NCBI GenBank assembly: GCA_051362555.1
Contig: CM120641.1
Span: forward strand, 4,774,001-4,838,000
From: Lingula anatina
Lineage: Eukaryota > Animalia > Brachiopoda
DNA length: 64,000 nt
Direction of reading: 5' to 3'
Shown: positions 38,162 to 57,306 of the stretch, one piece after another
How positions within the stretch are numbered: the first letter of the stretch is position 1
Layout of the letters: each line of letters starts with the position of its first letter
Notes under the pieces: generated by a model
Databases searched by the model: none
Told to the model about the DNA's origin: nothing
The model's input: only the letters and a program-made list of their open reading frames with translations
Position numbers and translations under genes: made by a program

Positions 38162-41100
38162 TTATGGGGATAAACTGTCCATAAAATATGGTTGTCCATC
38201 TCTATCTCTCCTTCTTGTGAGAATTTCGACACCAGTGTCAGTGACAAGTAGCGTTTCTTCAAACTGAGCTGACCTTTTGCCGTCCTGAGTGACCGATGTC
38301 CAGTTATCTGGCCAGGTCTGGTCTCTCCATGTCCCTGTTATACAATATTAGGAATCATTATATCTAATATATGTGTAATTTCACATTCTATTCACATATA
38401 TGCTAATATAATCATGGGATTGAACTCAATTTAAATTTTTTTTAAAATTCAATATGAAAGTTTCAACACATAATTAATTGAATGAAACATAATATTTCAA
38501 CAAACATTTGTTAATAAACTAATGTACCAAACATTGTATTCTCTTCAACTTTTCTCACCTTCTGAAATCATGGGTTCTATTGTGAATGTATGACCAATTT
38601 TAGCAACACCAACTGCTTTATTTTCTGTAAAGAAGAAAAAAATAATGACTTTGTGTCTAGTGTGAAAAATTAGCCCCTTTAAGTAAATTTTCAAATTGGA
38701 GATAAGTGGAAATCAGGAGATCTTTTCGTTTTTAAGTACAAATCAATATAAGTCCATTTAACATTTGCTGGGAAAATATTTAAGTCTACCCTGCTTCAGT
38801 TCTTGTTGGGCAATGTCTTAAAAAACCACATCCCCATATTCCCCAAAGACGTCACCTCAACACCTGCAATACCACTTCTTATGCTTTAATTGTTTCATCA
38901 AACACAGTCAAGATCATTCATCTGACAAACCCATCAAATCACTCCACACATCACAACACATTAGAACTATGGGCTGGTAAAAAAACCATTGGGCAAGCTG
39001 TTATTTCTCTGATATTCACATGGGAAAATACTTAAAAGGCTATCAGGTTGTCCATATTCAGAGTGTGACCACATGTTCAAAGGTTCACAACCTGAATGTT
39101 AGGGTCTAACATGGCATACACAACAGGTTTAACTTAGACCTGGAGTTCAGATAGACAACTGAATAAAATTAAAACAAAAAGGTTGGGTTTACTTTTATTC
39201 CGACTATCTTGTGACATTAGACAGTTCCTAATTTAAAGGAAAACATTATTTCCTGGAGCCTAAAATGAATAAAATTATAATTGGTGTGCACTTCCAGGGG
39301 TTAATCAGAGAAGTGAGGCATCAACTGGGCAGTGATATCATTGGTGTTTAGCACACTGCTAAAATATACACTACAATGAACTGCAATCTAAGCTTTAGCA
39401 AACATTATAAATAAAGAGAAAAAATTACATTAAGTTCATACTGACAGTGCTACACCCCTATCAATCAACACGAATGATTACTAAATGATTATATTTTTTT
39501 ATTTCTCCACAATCATGAATAATGGTAGTTAGTTGACTTTTCCCTGCTTCATTAAAATCATGTATATAATTAAGATAAAACTATTCTTATTTTTTAAGTT
39601 CTCTAGAGGCATTGTTTCACATGCATAGTAAAATTTACCCCTCATCCTCCCCCCCCCAAAAAAAAACAAATAACTATATATTGCTTCTATGAATGGTGTA
39701 AAGACTCCTTATTGCTCTTTATAATAAACAATACTAACATAGAACCTAACTTAATCCAGTTATGAATTAGAATTTTGCTTTCAGACCATAAATTAATGTC
39801 TACTTACTTGCATAATGAGGGACACTGGGAGCAGTGTGAAAAAGTCTAAAAAAGTAAAATTATATATTTAAGTTATTGATGAAAAATGTATTCATGAGAC
39901 AAAACAAACTGGTACATTTCTATTCTACAAAATAATCAGATTGCGTATAAAATATAGCATTAAATCAAAGATAAAACTTAAATACCAATTAACAAGAGTA
40001 TTTCTAAATGGGAATCAGATCAAGGTGCCCCTTACTGATGAATCCCGTGGCCACAGTAACTCCTGACAACAGAGTAACCATGAGCTTGAGCATGCTTTTG
40101 AATGACATCGCCAACCTCTCTGTATCTGATGCCTGGTTTCACTAAAACAGGGGAAAAAATGGGCCAAATTACATGCTACAAATAGTTGCATTCACAGTTC
40201 CAACTTTAATATCAATACCCCCCCCCCAATATCTATGACATCTAAATCAAAGGATAACTGGTCTCACGATTGTTTTTTTATTTTTGCCTTTAAATATACT
40301 TTATGGTTGAACACAACTTTTAACTTTGTCTATTGCCATCTAAATTTTTAGCCCTTTTAAACATTTTACTAATATTTTCTAGCAACAAAGAGATATTACT
40401 GTTTGCAATGGACAACAGAAGACTTATCAAATATAGCCGACCCACTTGAATGCTTGTCACATAATCCCCCAGAGAATCTATTCAGTGATTATTAGGGGAT
40501 TATGCGGCAAGATTTTAAGCGGCTTGCCATATTTGATCAGCAGATCTGTTAGTCTGCTGTTGAGAATGCAGCCTTATATCTTTTTCAGTCTTACCCAGCT
40601 GCATGGCTTTCTGCAGACATTCCCAGGTGACTTTCACCAGCTTTTTACTACTCTCCTCTACTTCACCTACAAACAGCGTCTCGTTCAAATCACCATGGTA
40701 TCCACGGTGATAAACAGTCACATCAACTGAAAAAGCAATTAAACAAATGGAACATAAACAATACATCTCCAAAACCATCAATGTTTCTTAAGAAAAAAAA
40801 TATAAAAAATCTCGATCAACAATATATCAGTGTATATGTTTTATAAGAAAATACCAAGTCTTGTTGTAGGGAGAAAAGAACATTAAGCAAGAGAATAAAA
40901 TTCAGAGTAAATGTTGATAAAAATTTTGACATTCTAGTTTGTCATCATACCATTGCAAATGTCCCCATTTTCTAAAGGTCTCATGTCAGGTATACCATGA
41001 CAGATCACTTCATTGATGGAACTTTAAAATAGATAAAATAATGATAAATTTTTGGCATAAATATATGAATATTAATGTGTGAATGTTATATGAAATTAAA

Positions 41101-44100
41101 ATGTTTGAAATAAGTTTAACTTCTGTTATACCATCTTTTTAAAGATTACAATTAATTAAATTTAAAAAAAAGAGGATTTAATTAACGTTCAAGCAATGCC
41201 TAATACCACTGCAAAGTAGATATTTATCATCAAATTTTTAGCAGCTGCTATGGTTTCTGGTAACACTTACATATATTTCACCTTCGTCAAATAAAAAAGA
41301 ATAATGTTTAAAATAACACATTCAAGGTGATAAAATACTCACGTGCAACAAGATTTAGGGAAGTTATAGTAGTTCAGGGGTGATGGATAGCACTCTCTGT
41401 CAACAGATGCCTAAAGCAAAAAAAGAGTAATCATATTTTTTTCTTTTATCTTTTGCAAGTTAATTACAAATTACATTACAACTTTTAAGTCAGCTGCACA
41501 TGAGCACCTGTTCCAACAGTAAAATCTGCAGATTTTGACATGAGAAAGGATTGCTAATGATACATAATATTGCTGAAAAGAAAGTTTTTTTTATTTTTTA
41601 GGTCAAATTAGCAGTGAAAATCAATACCTTTTTTCTTTTTGATTAAAAATGGGGGGGGGGGGTGAACTTGAAAATTATACTAAATACATAACAACAAAGT
41701 AAAAATATTATTGAAAATTTCTAGAACACATACCTCATGCACAATTCTGTCAATTTCATCAGTGGTGACTCCTACAGCAATAGCAGCAGCTGCAGCATCT
41801 AGAACCTCTCGGGCTAACTGCAGGATAAAACAGTAAAATATTAATTCCACTTCTATTAACTTTATGCCAAATACTGAACTTCCAAATCTTTAGTCTTTAA
41901 AATCTTTTCATTTGACATTTTCAATCAAAGCAATGTCTTGTACAACCCAATGCAAAAAAGCACACACAAACGTACAATTCACAATTTAACCCCCAGGTTA
42001 GATTCTAACCTACCATGAGAACAATTCAAGGTTTTTAAACCTCTACATGATTTAAGAAACAATCAGTCTTCTTATTCCACTGAGTCATTTATCAAATAAC
42101 CTTATAATAATATAATTATATAATTCATCCAAATCAAATGACCCCATTCTTCATAATTGCTTTACTAGGCAAGGCATGTTTTGCTCTGATTAAAATTCTA
42201 CCTTTCCAGCCACCCTCATTCCTTCAATTTCTTCATCATTTAGCACCTTGATGTTGGTGGAACCACGCATGCTGCGCTCGCTATGAGAGACACCTATATA
42301 AATGGAGAAAGTCATTTCTATTTATTAAAACAAAATGTTAAATGATCAGAGGTGGATAGAATGTTTTTCACCACATAATTGTATCTCAAACCATTAACAA
42401 ATTATGCTTAATACCAAAGGTGATCCTTTCCTTATTATATAAGAGTTTATAAAAATCAATTAAGCTTCTGGGTGGAATTCAGGTCAGACTGGCAGCTGTG
42501 CTTGTTAAGAATCTTATCTCTCCTCTGCTTAGCAATTATCTCATAATAATTCACTAGGTGTAACCAAACTTCCTCCATTTTATTCACAAAGATGAAAGTA
42601 CAATTTCAAGTAAATTAATTGATTTACGAATGCAATTATACTCTAGATAATAAGAATTAATCATTTATTTATCCATTTGAAAGAAGAATATCTTGATTTT
42701 CAGTAGGACACATTGTACTGCATTACATCTGTCTCATTAGTTTCTCACCATCAGGATGATCTGCATAATCTGGCCGAGCTATGTGATCTCCAACAGTCCG
42801 CATAGCAGACTACATTGAAAAAGAATTTTTTTTTAAGTTGACAAAGAAAAACAAATTTTATAAATTCAAATATAAACTTTATGTAGAACAAAGATCCCCA
42901 TCTGCTAATAACATTCCAAGCTGACATTGTCCTCTTCTCAAAAAGCCAGTCAATATTAGAGCAATACTATATCAAGAGCCCATCTTTCAACAGCTTAAGA
43001 TGGCTCAGAGAACAAACTTTAACCCATTCTCACAATTGTGAGCTCTATGGTATTAGTTAAAATTGTACTCCAGGCCATCGCCAGTCTAGTGTAACAGGGG
43101 TTTTGAAATTAACTAATGGTATTTTAATAAATGCATTTGCACAAAAAGAAAGTTACTATATTATCACATCTAAAAACAATCAAACCTGTGGGTATGGTCT
43201 CAGTTTCCCTGTAAAACTATACCCTGGCCAAGGGTGGTATGAATTACTGACATCATTTGGTTGTGAGTCAGCCTCTGAAAAGAGATACACCAAGTAAAAA
43301 TAAATACAATGGATATTATAACACTTAATATGTAAAACACTATGGATTAAATGGTCTCCATATAATATATGATGGCAAATCATACATAATGGTATTTATA
43401 ACATGAAATTGTGTTTTAATCTAATGTCACAGACTACTGTACCACTTACTTGCTTTTTTGTGAATTTTTTTATGTTCATTCCAAGAACCCTTGAAGCATT
43501 CCTGAAAAAAAAAGGCAGTATTGGTCATTTACAATGACAAAGTAACAGCAATTTCAGAAGATATAATCACATCGGGATTCATCTTAATGTCTTATTGCCA
43601 ACAACTTTTAATACTAGTACTAGGTATTATGCTATAGTGTACAGTTTAAAGGGTAAAATAATTATATCAAAACTAAATTTCTGAATTTTTGGCCACAATC
43701 ATGCCTACATACAAACATACTTATCAGTATCTTATTGTCTTTTTTTTAACAAAGCTTTGAGTTACAAACAGTGAAGTATAAGCACTCAATACATGTAGGT
43801 ACCATATGTATCTGTACCAGTAAATGCTAAAACTAATTTATTTGAATAACAGAGGAATCAATCAAAGTCACCACATAACTGAATTTAGAAAAAGAAAAAA
43901 ACTTTGCTATTATAATTTTGTGGGGCGTACTGCATAAGAACCAAATATTCTTCATCAGCAACATCAGATTTTTTTAAGCAAAGTGCATGGCCCATGATCC
44001 TGAATGGCAAAGACTGAAGTGAGGGGGGGGAGAGTTTTCGTATTGCCCATCCAAATCATTAATCAATGACATAAATCAAGAAAGCTACACGATATAACTT

Positions 44101-44231
44101 AAAAGGTGGTTTACCTGTGAGCAAAAGAACGACCCCTCTACACCTAGCTTGATACACGTTGGACATTGAAGCTTGGCTTCCTTATTACATGCTGGAGTTT
44201 CACACAGCCGAGTCCCCACGGAAGCTGCCAT
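38162..44231 (-). CDS. METAP1: Methionine aminopeptidase 1
   Basis: [39 protein letters not shown] zinc finger; [17 protein letters not shown]; [17 protein letters not shown]|[12 protein letters not shown]; [16 protein letters not shown]; SYCGHGIH|QLFHTAP; FTIEPMI; [19 protein letters not shown]; stop TAA 38164-38162. Confidence 0.97.
40405..40570. mobile_element. Palindromic fold-back MITE in a METAP1 intron
   Basis: atcaaatatagccg..cttg..taatcccc / ggggattatgcggcaag..gccatatttgat arms; second copy at 32120-32230. Confidence 0.7.
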
Positions 44232-44281
44232 TTTGACCTAATTAAATCGAAAACGAGGTAACTGTTCGCGAACTTTTGAAA
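44232..44281. promoter_or_regulatory. 50-bp bidirectional METAP1/ADH5 intergenic segment
   Basis: Lies between METAP1 ATG (44231, -) and ADH5 ATG (44282, +). Contains palindrome GTTCGCGAAC at 44264-44273. Confidence 0.8.
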
Positions 44282-50620
<6,339 letters not shown>

Positions 50621-51419
50621 AGAGGCTTCTTGCTTAACACACCAGGACTGTGCTATTTGATACTTATAATGCAGACTTGGAGGGCAGCAAATTATGAAAC
50701 AAATTGTAAAACCTACAGGGTATTACCCAACTTATCTAATTTCCCTTTAATCTAGAAAAGATGAACTTTAATATTACAGCCTCCTAAAATGCTGTTAATC
50801 ATTGGGAACCAAGAAAGATTTGAAAGTAATTATGTTCTCAGAATGCTGTTAATCATTGGAAAACTTATGGTGAAAATTATAACAAACATCAGAAAAATTA
50901 CTTAACTGACGAAATGCTATTTGTTAGCGGAGACATCCAAGGGTTATGTACGATTATTTACAAATCCCTTTTGCTTATGTCAAGGGTCACTTTTTCTGTA
51001 TCAGTGCCAATAAAAGGTTACTACGGTTATGTTGATGGAAAGACCCTGATGAAATCCAGTTGCCGCAGTAATAAGAGGCAAAGGGTGTGCTGAAATATTT
51101 CAGTAAATTATTTTCAACACCAGGCAATGACTAAGAAACTTAAGAATTCGTTCCACGTTAATAAAAACTCCTGATCTCAATAATTCGCCTTTGCCAAGTC
51201 GCATAAATATAGGCATAGTTGAATTCACTGAAAGCACTCGTTTACTGAGTACCCCTTTAAGAAGCAAAGTGTGTGCCACAAAATTTTAGTATTTCGGTTA
51301 TTTAGCACCAATTCTTGGAGTTGCTTTTACTTTATGCCATTTGCTAAAAATTATAAATCAAATACTCAATATTTCAAACACCATTTATTTACAATAATTT
51401 AACAAATAGTACATTACAA

Positions 51420-52499
51420 TCATTCTTTAATCAGTCCTTTTGCCATATACACTTCCTTCATCAACTCTTTCATGTACTTAATTTCTCTTTCTAGTTCTTC
51501 AACCTTTCCTTTCAACACTCCATTGTGTGATTCTAGTTCATCGGCCTCAGCTTGTAGCTGTTCAGTTTCTTCGCGTTTTTTCAATCTATAACGGAGAGCA
51601 GCAGTTTTGTTTTGCTCTTTCTTTCTTAACTTTTTGTCAAGTGTTTTAGGCTTTTTACCAGAATGAGACTTTACCCGTGGAGTAACAGTGTAATCAGGGT
51701 CAGTGCTATACGGAGAACTACGAGATCTTTTCTGTACAAAGAGCTCATCGTCTTCTGAACTAAAGTCTGATCCTGGTGACAGGACTGAAGCATCTACAGT
51801 AGAAGTGTCTAATAAATAAGGACTGCTTCGTCCAGAATCTGATAAAATACTTTCCACATCCTCTGGGCTGAGAGGTGGTGTGAGATCTACATATTCAACA
51901 CGGGCACTAGAGCCCTCTAATGATTCATTATGTACAAAGCCAGAGTCATTAAGCCCCTCTACTTGGGCCAAGAGTTCCTCAATGCTGTCTGCCACCACAA
52001 CAGCTGGTGGAGGAGTGGGTGGGGCTGCAGCAATGGGTTCAGCTGGTCCTATAACATCAGTCAATGTTGTGACAGAGGTGACCATGGCATCTACCTCTTG
52101 GACAGACTTGCCTTCATCCAGGAGGAAGTCGAGAAGGTCCACTCTCTCGTCCAACCATGGCTCAAACAACTGTGGTCCTGCAAAAAGATGAGAAAAAATT
52201 TAACTTGATGTAAATGAGAAGAATTAAGAGAATGTCACTCAACATTCTTTCACCATATGTTCAATAATTTCCAGCTCACACAAAGTCTTTTTTCCCTCTC
52301 ACACATTCTTTACAACAAATAATTAGACTGAAAATTACAACTTACCCAAACGGTCATCTGCCAAATCGGAGAATGGACCATCATGTGTGATTGGTTTTCC
52401 AGCTGACTCTTTCAGCTCAGCGAAGGTATCAACTTCAACGCCCAACGGGGCTGGGGCAAATAAATCGCCCCAATCGTTCATCTCGTCCTCGAACATCAT
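51420..52499 (-). CDS. ATF4: Activating transcription factor 4 (bZIP), ~303 aa
   Basis: Exons 52499-52346 (MMFEDEMNDWGDLF...) and 52177-51420. W.DERVDL motif, DSGRSS degron-like motif, bZIP KKLRKKEQNKTAALRYRLKKREE...LEREIKYMKELMKEV. Confidence 0.93.
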
Positions 52500-52575
52500 C
52501 TTGTATCGTTTCTATCAATTTCACTTTGTCGTCAAGTATCCCAGAGGGAGGGTGCGTTTGTCGTAAGCTTGCCAT
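52435..52575 (-). promoter_or_regulatory. ATF4 uORF2 (46 aa), overlapping the main ORF out of frame by 65 nt
   Basis: gcaaaATGGCA...CGT TGA = MASLRQTHPPSGILDDKVKLIETIQDDVRGRDERLGRFICPSPVGR*; start is 76 nt upstream of the main ATG. Confidence 0.85.
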
Positions 52576-52872
52576 TTTGCAGTTACTAAAAAAAATAAAC
52601 AAATCACAAATATTTAACTCCGTGAAATGTCACTTGTTTTCTTTTCTTTTTGTAAATACACTCACCTAACCCTGATCACTATTTCCAAACACAGACGTTT
52701 AAGATAAAGTTAAAACAGAAAATGTTCTTACGAAACATATGTCAATTTTCACAATGTCGACCGTCTCTCCTATTTTCTTAAGTTGAACAAAACCTCAGTA
52801 AAATTGTACAAAATTTGATAACGTACGCCAGGGTGCGCCTTGCGGAGCACAAGTCGTTCAGCTGCCGGGGTT

Positions 52873-52884
52873 CTAGAAAGCCAT
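52873..52884 (-). promoter_or_regulatory. ATF4 uORF1 (Met-Ala-Phe-stop)
   Basis: gcgaaaATGGCTTTCTAG in strong Kozak context; donor GC|GTACGT at 52827/52826. Confidence 0.8.
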
Positions 52885-52939
52885 TTTCGCGGTTTTTTGT
52901 TGTACAGTCACGGGAAACCTTTTCGTCGCAGCTTCTCTT

Positions 52940-53385
52940 CTTGGTGTGTCTGATGAAATGGTCGTGCAATGCGTGGCGGGACTCTTTACGGCGCGAACTG
53001 TTATCTATCCTTCCGCACATCAATTAACGACAATGACTTACTTAATCGTTCAGACTGTTATTTGAGCAACATGTCATATTTACAATCCATATATACCCTC
53101 ATACTTTCCACAAATCATTTAGAGTAATCTTATTATTATTTTTCCATGCATTCAGTGTATAGCTAGGTACTCGTTTATAATGCACATTGATATATAAATA
53201 GTCAAGGGGAAAGTCGGTGCGCTTCCGCATTCATTGCATCAGACTAAATTTGGCGAAACGCCAACGCACCTGTGTGGCCCCGCATATGATTGGCTGATAG
53301 GGACTTTTACATGTGATTAGTGGACTGTGATTCGGCAACCAATGCTAACGTTGACGTCGGTGCTATTTAAAGAAAATACGTCAGT
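52940..53385. promoter_or_regulatory. ATF4 / divergent-transcript promoter region
   Basis: C/EBP-ATF elements TGATGAAAT (52951) and ATTGCATCA (53233-53241); CCAAT boxes ~53289 and ~53339; TGACGTC at 53352; TATTTAAA at 53364. Confidence 0.6.
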
Positions 53386-53389
53386 GAAG

Positions 53390-55515
53390 AAAGTCTCAAT
53401 GAAGTAACAGCCCGGGAGCCACTGGCTGATTTGACGGTTATTTTGGAAAATATTAGATTTGGCCTCGTTTTCAAAACGTGGAGTGGTAGCCCCAAAAAAA
53501 TTTGGCGGGAGACGAAGGCATAGAGACAGGTAAGTTGTACATGTGTTTGTGGAATGAACAGTAGATTTAAATACTAATGAATTTGACGGGACAATACAGT
53601 ATATGCTTAAGTTACATTTTATACACCGAATAAGTCTTCGTGTATCGATTTCACTGAGTATTCTCTAAAGTTACTGGCGATTAGCAAAATGGCCGCACAC
53701 AAAACGTCATTGTAAACATTGACTTTTGAACTGTGCCAAATGCAGCTTAAGGGTTTTCTTCTTTATCTGTTCCTGTTTTTTCATAGTTTGGCAATATTTT
53801 TTGAACATATCAAATTTTTAAGATGTGCGATGGCCTGTAATTTGTAGAATTTCAACATTTCCAACAAGCTGTATATTCACCGTGCCGGGTACCTATCATT
53901 TAGTTGATCGAGTGAAGGCAGTGGCTCTCTGGTCTCATGCATGGAATGAATGTCACCGTATAAGTGAAATGTTTGAATCTTGGCTTCTCATGCAATTTCT
54001 TCGTGTTTTAATATGAAAAGGATGAAGTGGATTGCGAAATAACATTGTCATCCAACCTGCATACACGTATACGTATGTGCATATCGTGGTGTACCAGTAC
54101 TTGTTTGCAAAGCGGTGGGGAGGGGGGGGGGGGCATTGGTACCAGTAGTTGTGAAAGATACAGTATTGTAAACTAACCATAGGCATGTTTTGAAATATAT
54201 GAATCGTAAATTATGTCTTTTTTGCTGGGGGCGGGGGGGGGGTTAAATGTATCAATTGTGTTAATTTTTTTTAGAAAAAAAACATGTAAACACAAAATAA
54301 GTTTTATTGCATTGGTTGGGGGTTTTGAGGAGAAGAATGTCATAAAAATGCAAGTTTAAAAAAGGTGAATAATATATGTATGTGTGTATGTACATTAAAT
54401 GAAACAGGCTCTTCAATGATGAGGGCATATGATAGTGATGTGGTGCTCTGACTTGCATGTGTTTTCTAATTTTTTTCATGCCTTGATTCAAATTGGGTTT
54501 TTGAATTATGATGGGTGTGCAACTTTGCCCAAAGTTCAGTTTCAAATGTTTTTTTAATAATCACTGTTATGAATTAAGTATAAATAGTGCAGTTTAAGGT
54601 AAAGATTGTACAGCAAATATAGTGCTGATTGTTTAGATTGTTACAGTTTACCTATTACAAAGATTGCAATAAATTATGATTAATTTCAGTGTTTATGTGT
54701 GTGAGCAATTGATAAATGTAGTTAGAATTTTTTTATGATATTCTTTTAAAAACTCTATTATTTATTCTAGGCTTGAATAGCATGAATGGGACCAGGATTA
54801 TTCCTTTTGCCGTGCAATTATCATAACAAAAGCGCCCATCATTTCCAAATGCTGTGTGGCAATGAACACCACAACCTCTGGGATACTTCTAAGGGATGAA
54901 AAATATGTGCTCTTGCTAATATAAATAGTTATTGGTTATCAGTACATAGAAATGCAGTTTGTGAAATCAATTTAGATTTTAACCACATGAAGTTAGTTAA
55001 AAGTGTATGTGCAACTAAGTTAACAATACATTGTTTTATTTTTACTGTGCAGGTTTTTTTATATATGTGTAGCTTATAGATAATATCTACTTATCAGAAT
55101 ACAAGTAAAACAAGTTTATTCAAATGCAAATATGGATTGATACCTGGTATCACTGAAAGAAAATTAACATGACATCTTTGGGAAAATTTATGAAATTATA
55201 TTATTTGTAAAAATTCTGGTCCACTGTGTAAAGGGAAATTGTGTGTTAGATGGTTAAATATATATAAATGTGTACCAATCAAGTAAAGTAGCATTGAATT
55301 ATCACCTACTGGGTAATTAATGTACAATGTAATGTAAAATAACTATTTTGCAATGTACATGTCTCACTGGTAAAATATTTCAGGCTAGTTGAATTTTATG
55401 TAAAATTAAAATAAAATATATAGCAATGTGATTAAATGTAAATTGTCTTTCATTTGTTATTTTTCATATTTAATGAAAGGAATACCCTCATCAGTTGGCC
55501 TCATGTAATAAAAAG
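53390..55515 (+). ncRNA. Candidate spliced non-coding transcript divergent from ATF4
   Basis: Donor ACAG|GTAAGT at 53529/53530; acceptors at ~53822, ~54770, ~55052; YY1-like AAAATGGCCGC in intron 1; AATAAA at 55507; only very short ORFs in the predicted exons. Confidence 0.4.
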
Positions 55516-56320
55516 GTTTATCTACAATGAAAAAAAAATGTTAAAGTTCATTTGTGTTAGCACCGTGGTAAGTGCCAAGAAAAAAATTATTTCATTGTCC
55601 CCAATACCCAGTTGCTCTATATAAGTAATACTGTGTGAAGGAAAAACTAAAACGAGACTGAAGCTCATGAGAAAGCACTAAGTCAAAGCGAGGCTTATAT
55701 GCGGATATCGTAAGTGAGAGTTTTCAGGCTGACATGGCCGTGAATTGATTTGTGCCATTCACAGCTTAAGGCAAAGTTCTTTACATGCTTACATTGACAG
55801 AAAGCTGAATAAATTTTCCACAACTTGTAGTAATTTCAAGTTGTGCGGAGGCCTCTATAGGTACAAAAATCAAAATCAAAAACGAACTTCCGTAATAGCT
55901 TTAATAAAATTTCGATTTCAAACTCATTTTTCAACATTAAATATGCTGTAGATCAACTTTTGGGTCATCTCACATTATTCGAAATTTATTTCTCAATATG
56001 ACAATGTACATATTGTAACCCCAAGTACGTTAATAGCCGAGATAATACACCGTTTATGACACCCTATAAATCTCAAAAAATATTGCCCAATTCAAATTCT
56101 CGAACTTCCGGTTTGTTTAATAGCCACCTAGCGGCAGACCAGTGGCTCCCGGGCTGGTAATGGTATAGTAGATTATGTGTGTGTGCCGTAAACCATCTAA
56201 GGGCGTAAGAAATGTGTCGAAAAGTATGTCCTGACACATAAAAGATTCCTACCACGAAAAAATAAGGGGGAAAATAAATAGAGAAGCAAAAAGTTATTTT
56301 AAATATGCGATGTTCTAATG

Positions 56321-56494
56321 GGGGCCGTAGCGATAGTCCGAAGGTTCAATAGTCCGAAGGTTCATTGGTCCGAATGTTCACTATAGAACCTTCGGACCAA
56401 TGAACCCTTGATTAAAAAATCGATGAAAATGTTACCACTTTTCGGACCAATGAACCTTCGGACCAATGAACCTTCGGACTATCGAGACGCCCCC
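56321..56494. mobile_element. Mutator/MULE-type MITE with subterminal tandem repeats and 9-bp TSD
   Basis: GTTCTAATG flanks both ends (56312-56320, 56495-56503); GGGG...CCCC termini; repeated GTCCGAAGGTTCA units and their reverse complement. Confidence 0.85.
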
Positions 56495-56956
56495 GTTCTA
56501 ATGTGCTTACACGCTGGGAAATACTGTGATAATGTGAGGACATTGGTAACACGCAGTAAATGAAGAAGGCAGATAAGTCACTTTGCTTTCATTGCGGAAC
56601 CAAAGCAGAAAGACCCTCCCATCCGGTCGAGCTCTCCATTATGGATCCAAGTTTTCTACCCTCTACCAGGGCCACGGATTGATTTTTCGCTTGATATTCA
56701 CAGATGTGTCTCAGGTTAAATTCACAGTTATTCTCTGCACAGCGAAAATGTCCAAATAATAACCACTGTGTCCCCGGTAGAGGGTACAAGTTTACCAAGT
56801 TTCAGTGTAGGCCTGTTGAGCTTGTTGACAGCAGTATTGCGCTAGGCATAAGATCAGAGCTCACCTAACACAATTACTGAACAGACAAGTCACGTGAAAG
56901 AAATTTGCCCTGTGTCTGACATTTATGCAAGTGTTCTTTTAATTTGATTTTGCACC

Positions 56957-57306
56957 CAGTGGCGGATTTAGAGGGGTGTCAGCAGGGGGTCCTGTCCCCC
57001 CCTTCGATTTCTAAAAAAATATCACACCAATTGTTCCCTCTACAAATTAGAATTTGATGAGCTGATCATAGTTCTAAACCGTAGGCCTACCATATGGCAC
57101 CGTTCGCTCTCTAAAACACCAAAATTTTCGGGGCCCTTCAGTGCTTCAGCGGGCCCCGAACCCACGATAACTAGTGTGTGTGTGTGTGTGTGTGTGTGTT
57201 GGGGGGGGGGGGGGAGGTGGGGGGGGCGAGGGTCGGCTTCACATGTGCGGCCTGTCATTCCTAAAAACCGGACCCCCTCCTTCAAATAATCCTGGATCTG
57301 CCCCTG
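56957..57306. mobile_element. Non-autonomous DNA transposon with CAG(G/T)GGCGGAT TIRs
   Basis: CAGTGGCGGATTTAG ... CCTGGATCTGCCCCTG; internal (GT)n and poly-G; no TSD recognisable. Confidence 0.65.

Noticed and set aside
52664-52675. ACCTAACCCTGA telomerase-template-like word (also CTAACCCT near 57798)
   Set aside because: No downstream U-rich pseudoknot, CR4/5 or H/ACA domain; the first is the antisense of an ATF4 splice donor
53570-54455. Box C/D snoRNA candidates (53572-53663 and 54416-54451)
   Set aside because: The first has a poor C box; the second spans only ~36 nt with at most 8 nt of rRNA complementarity
56336-56480. CRISPR-like short repeats
   Set aside because: No unique spacers, inverted arrangement with a TSD, eukaryotic context; it is a MITE
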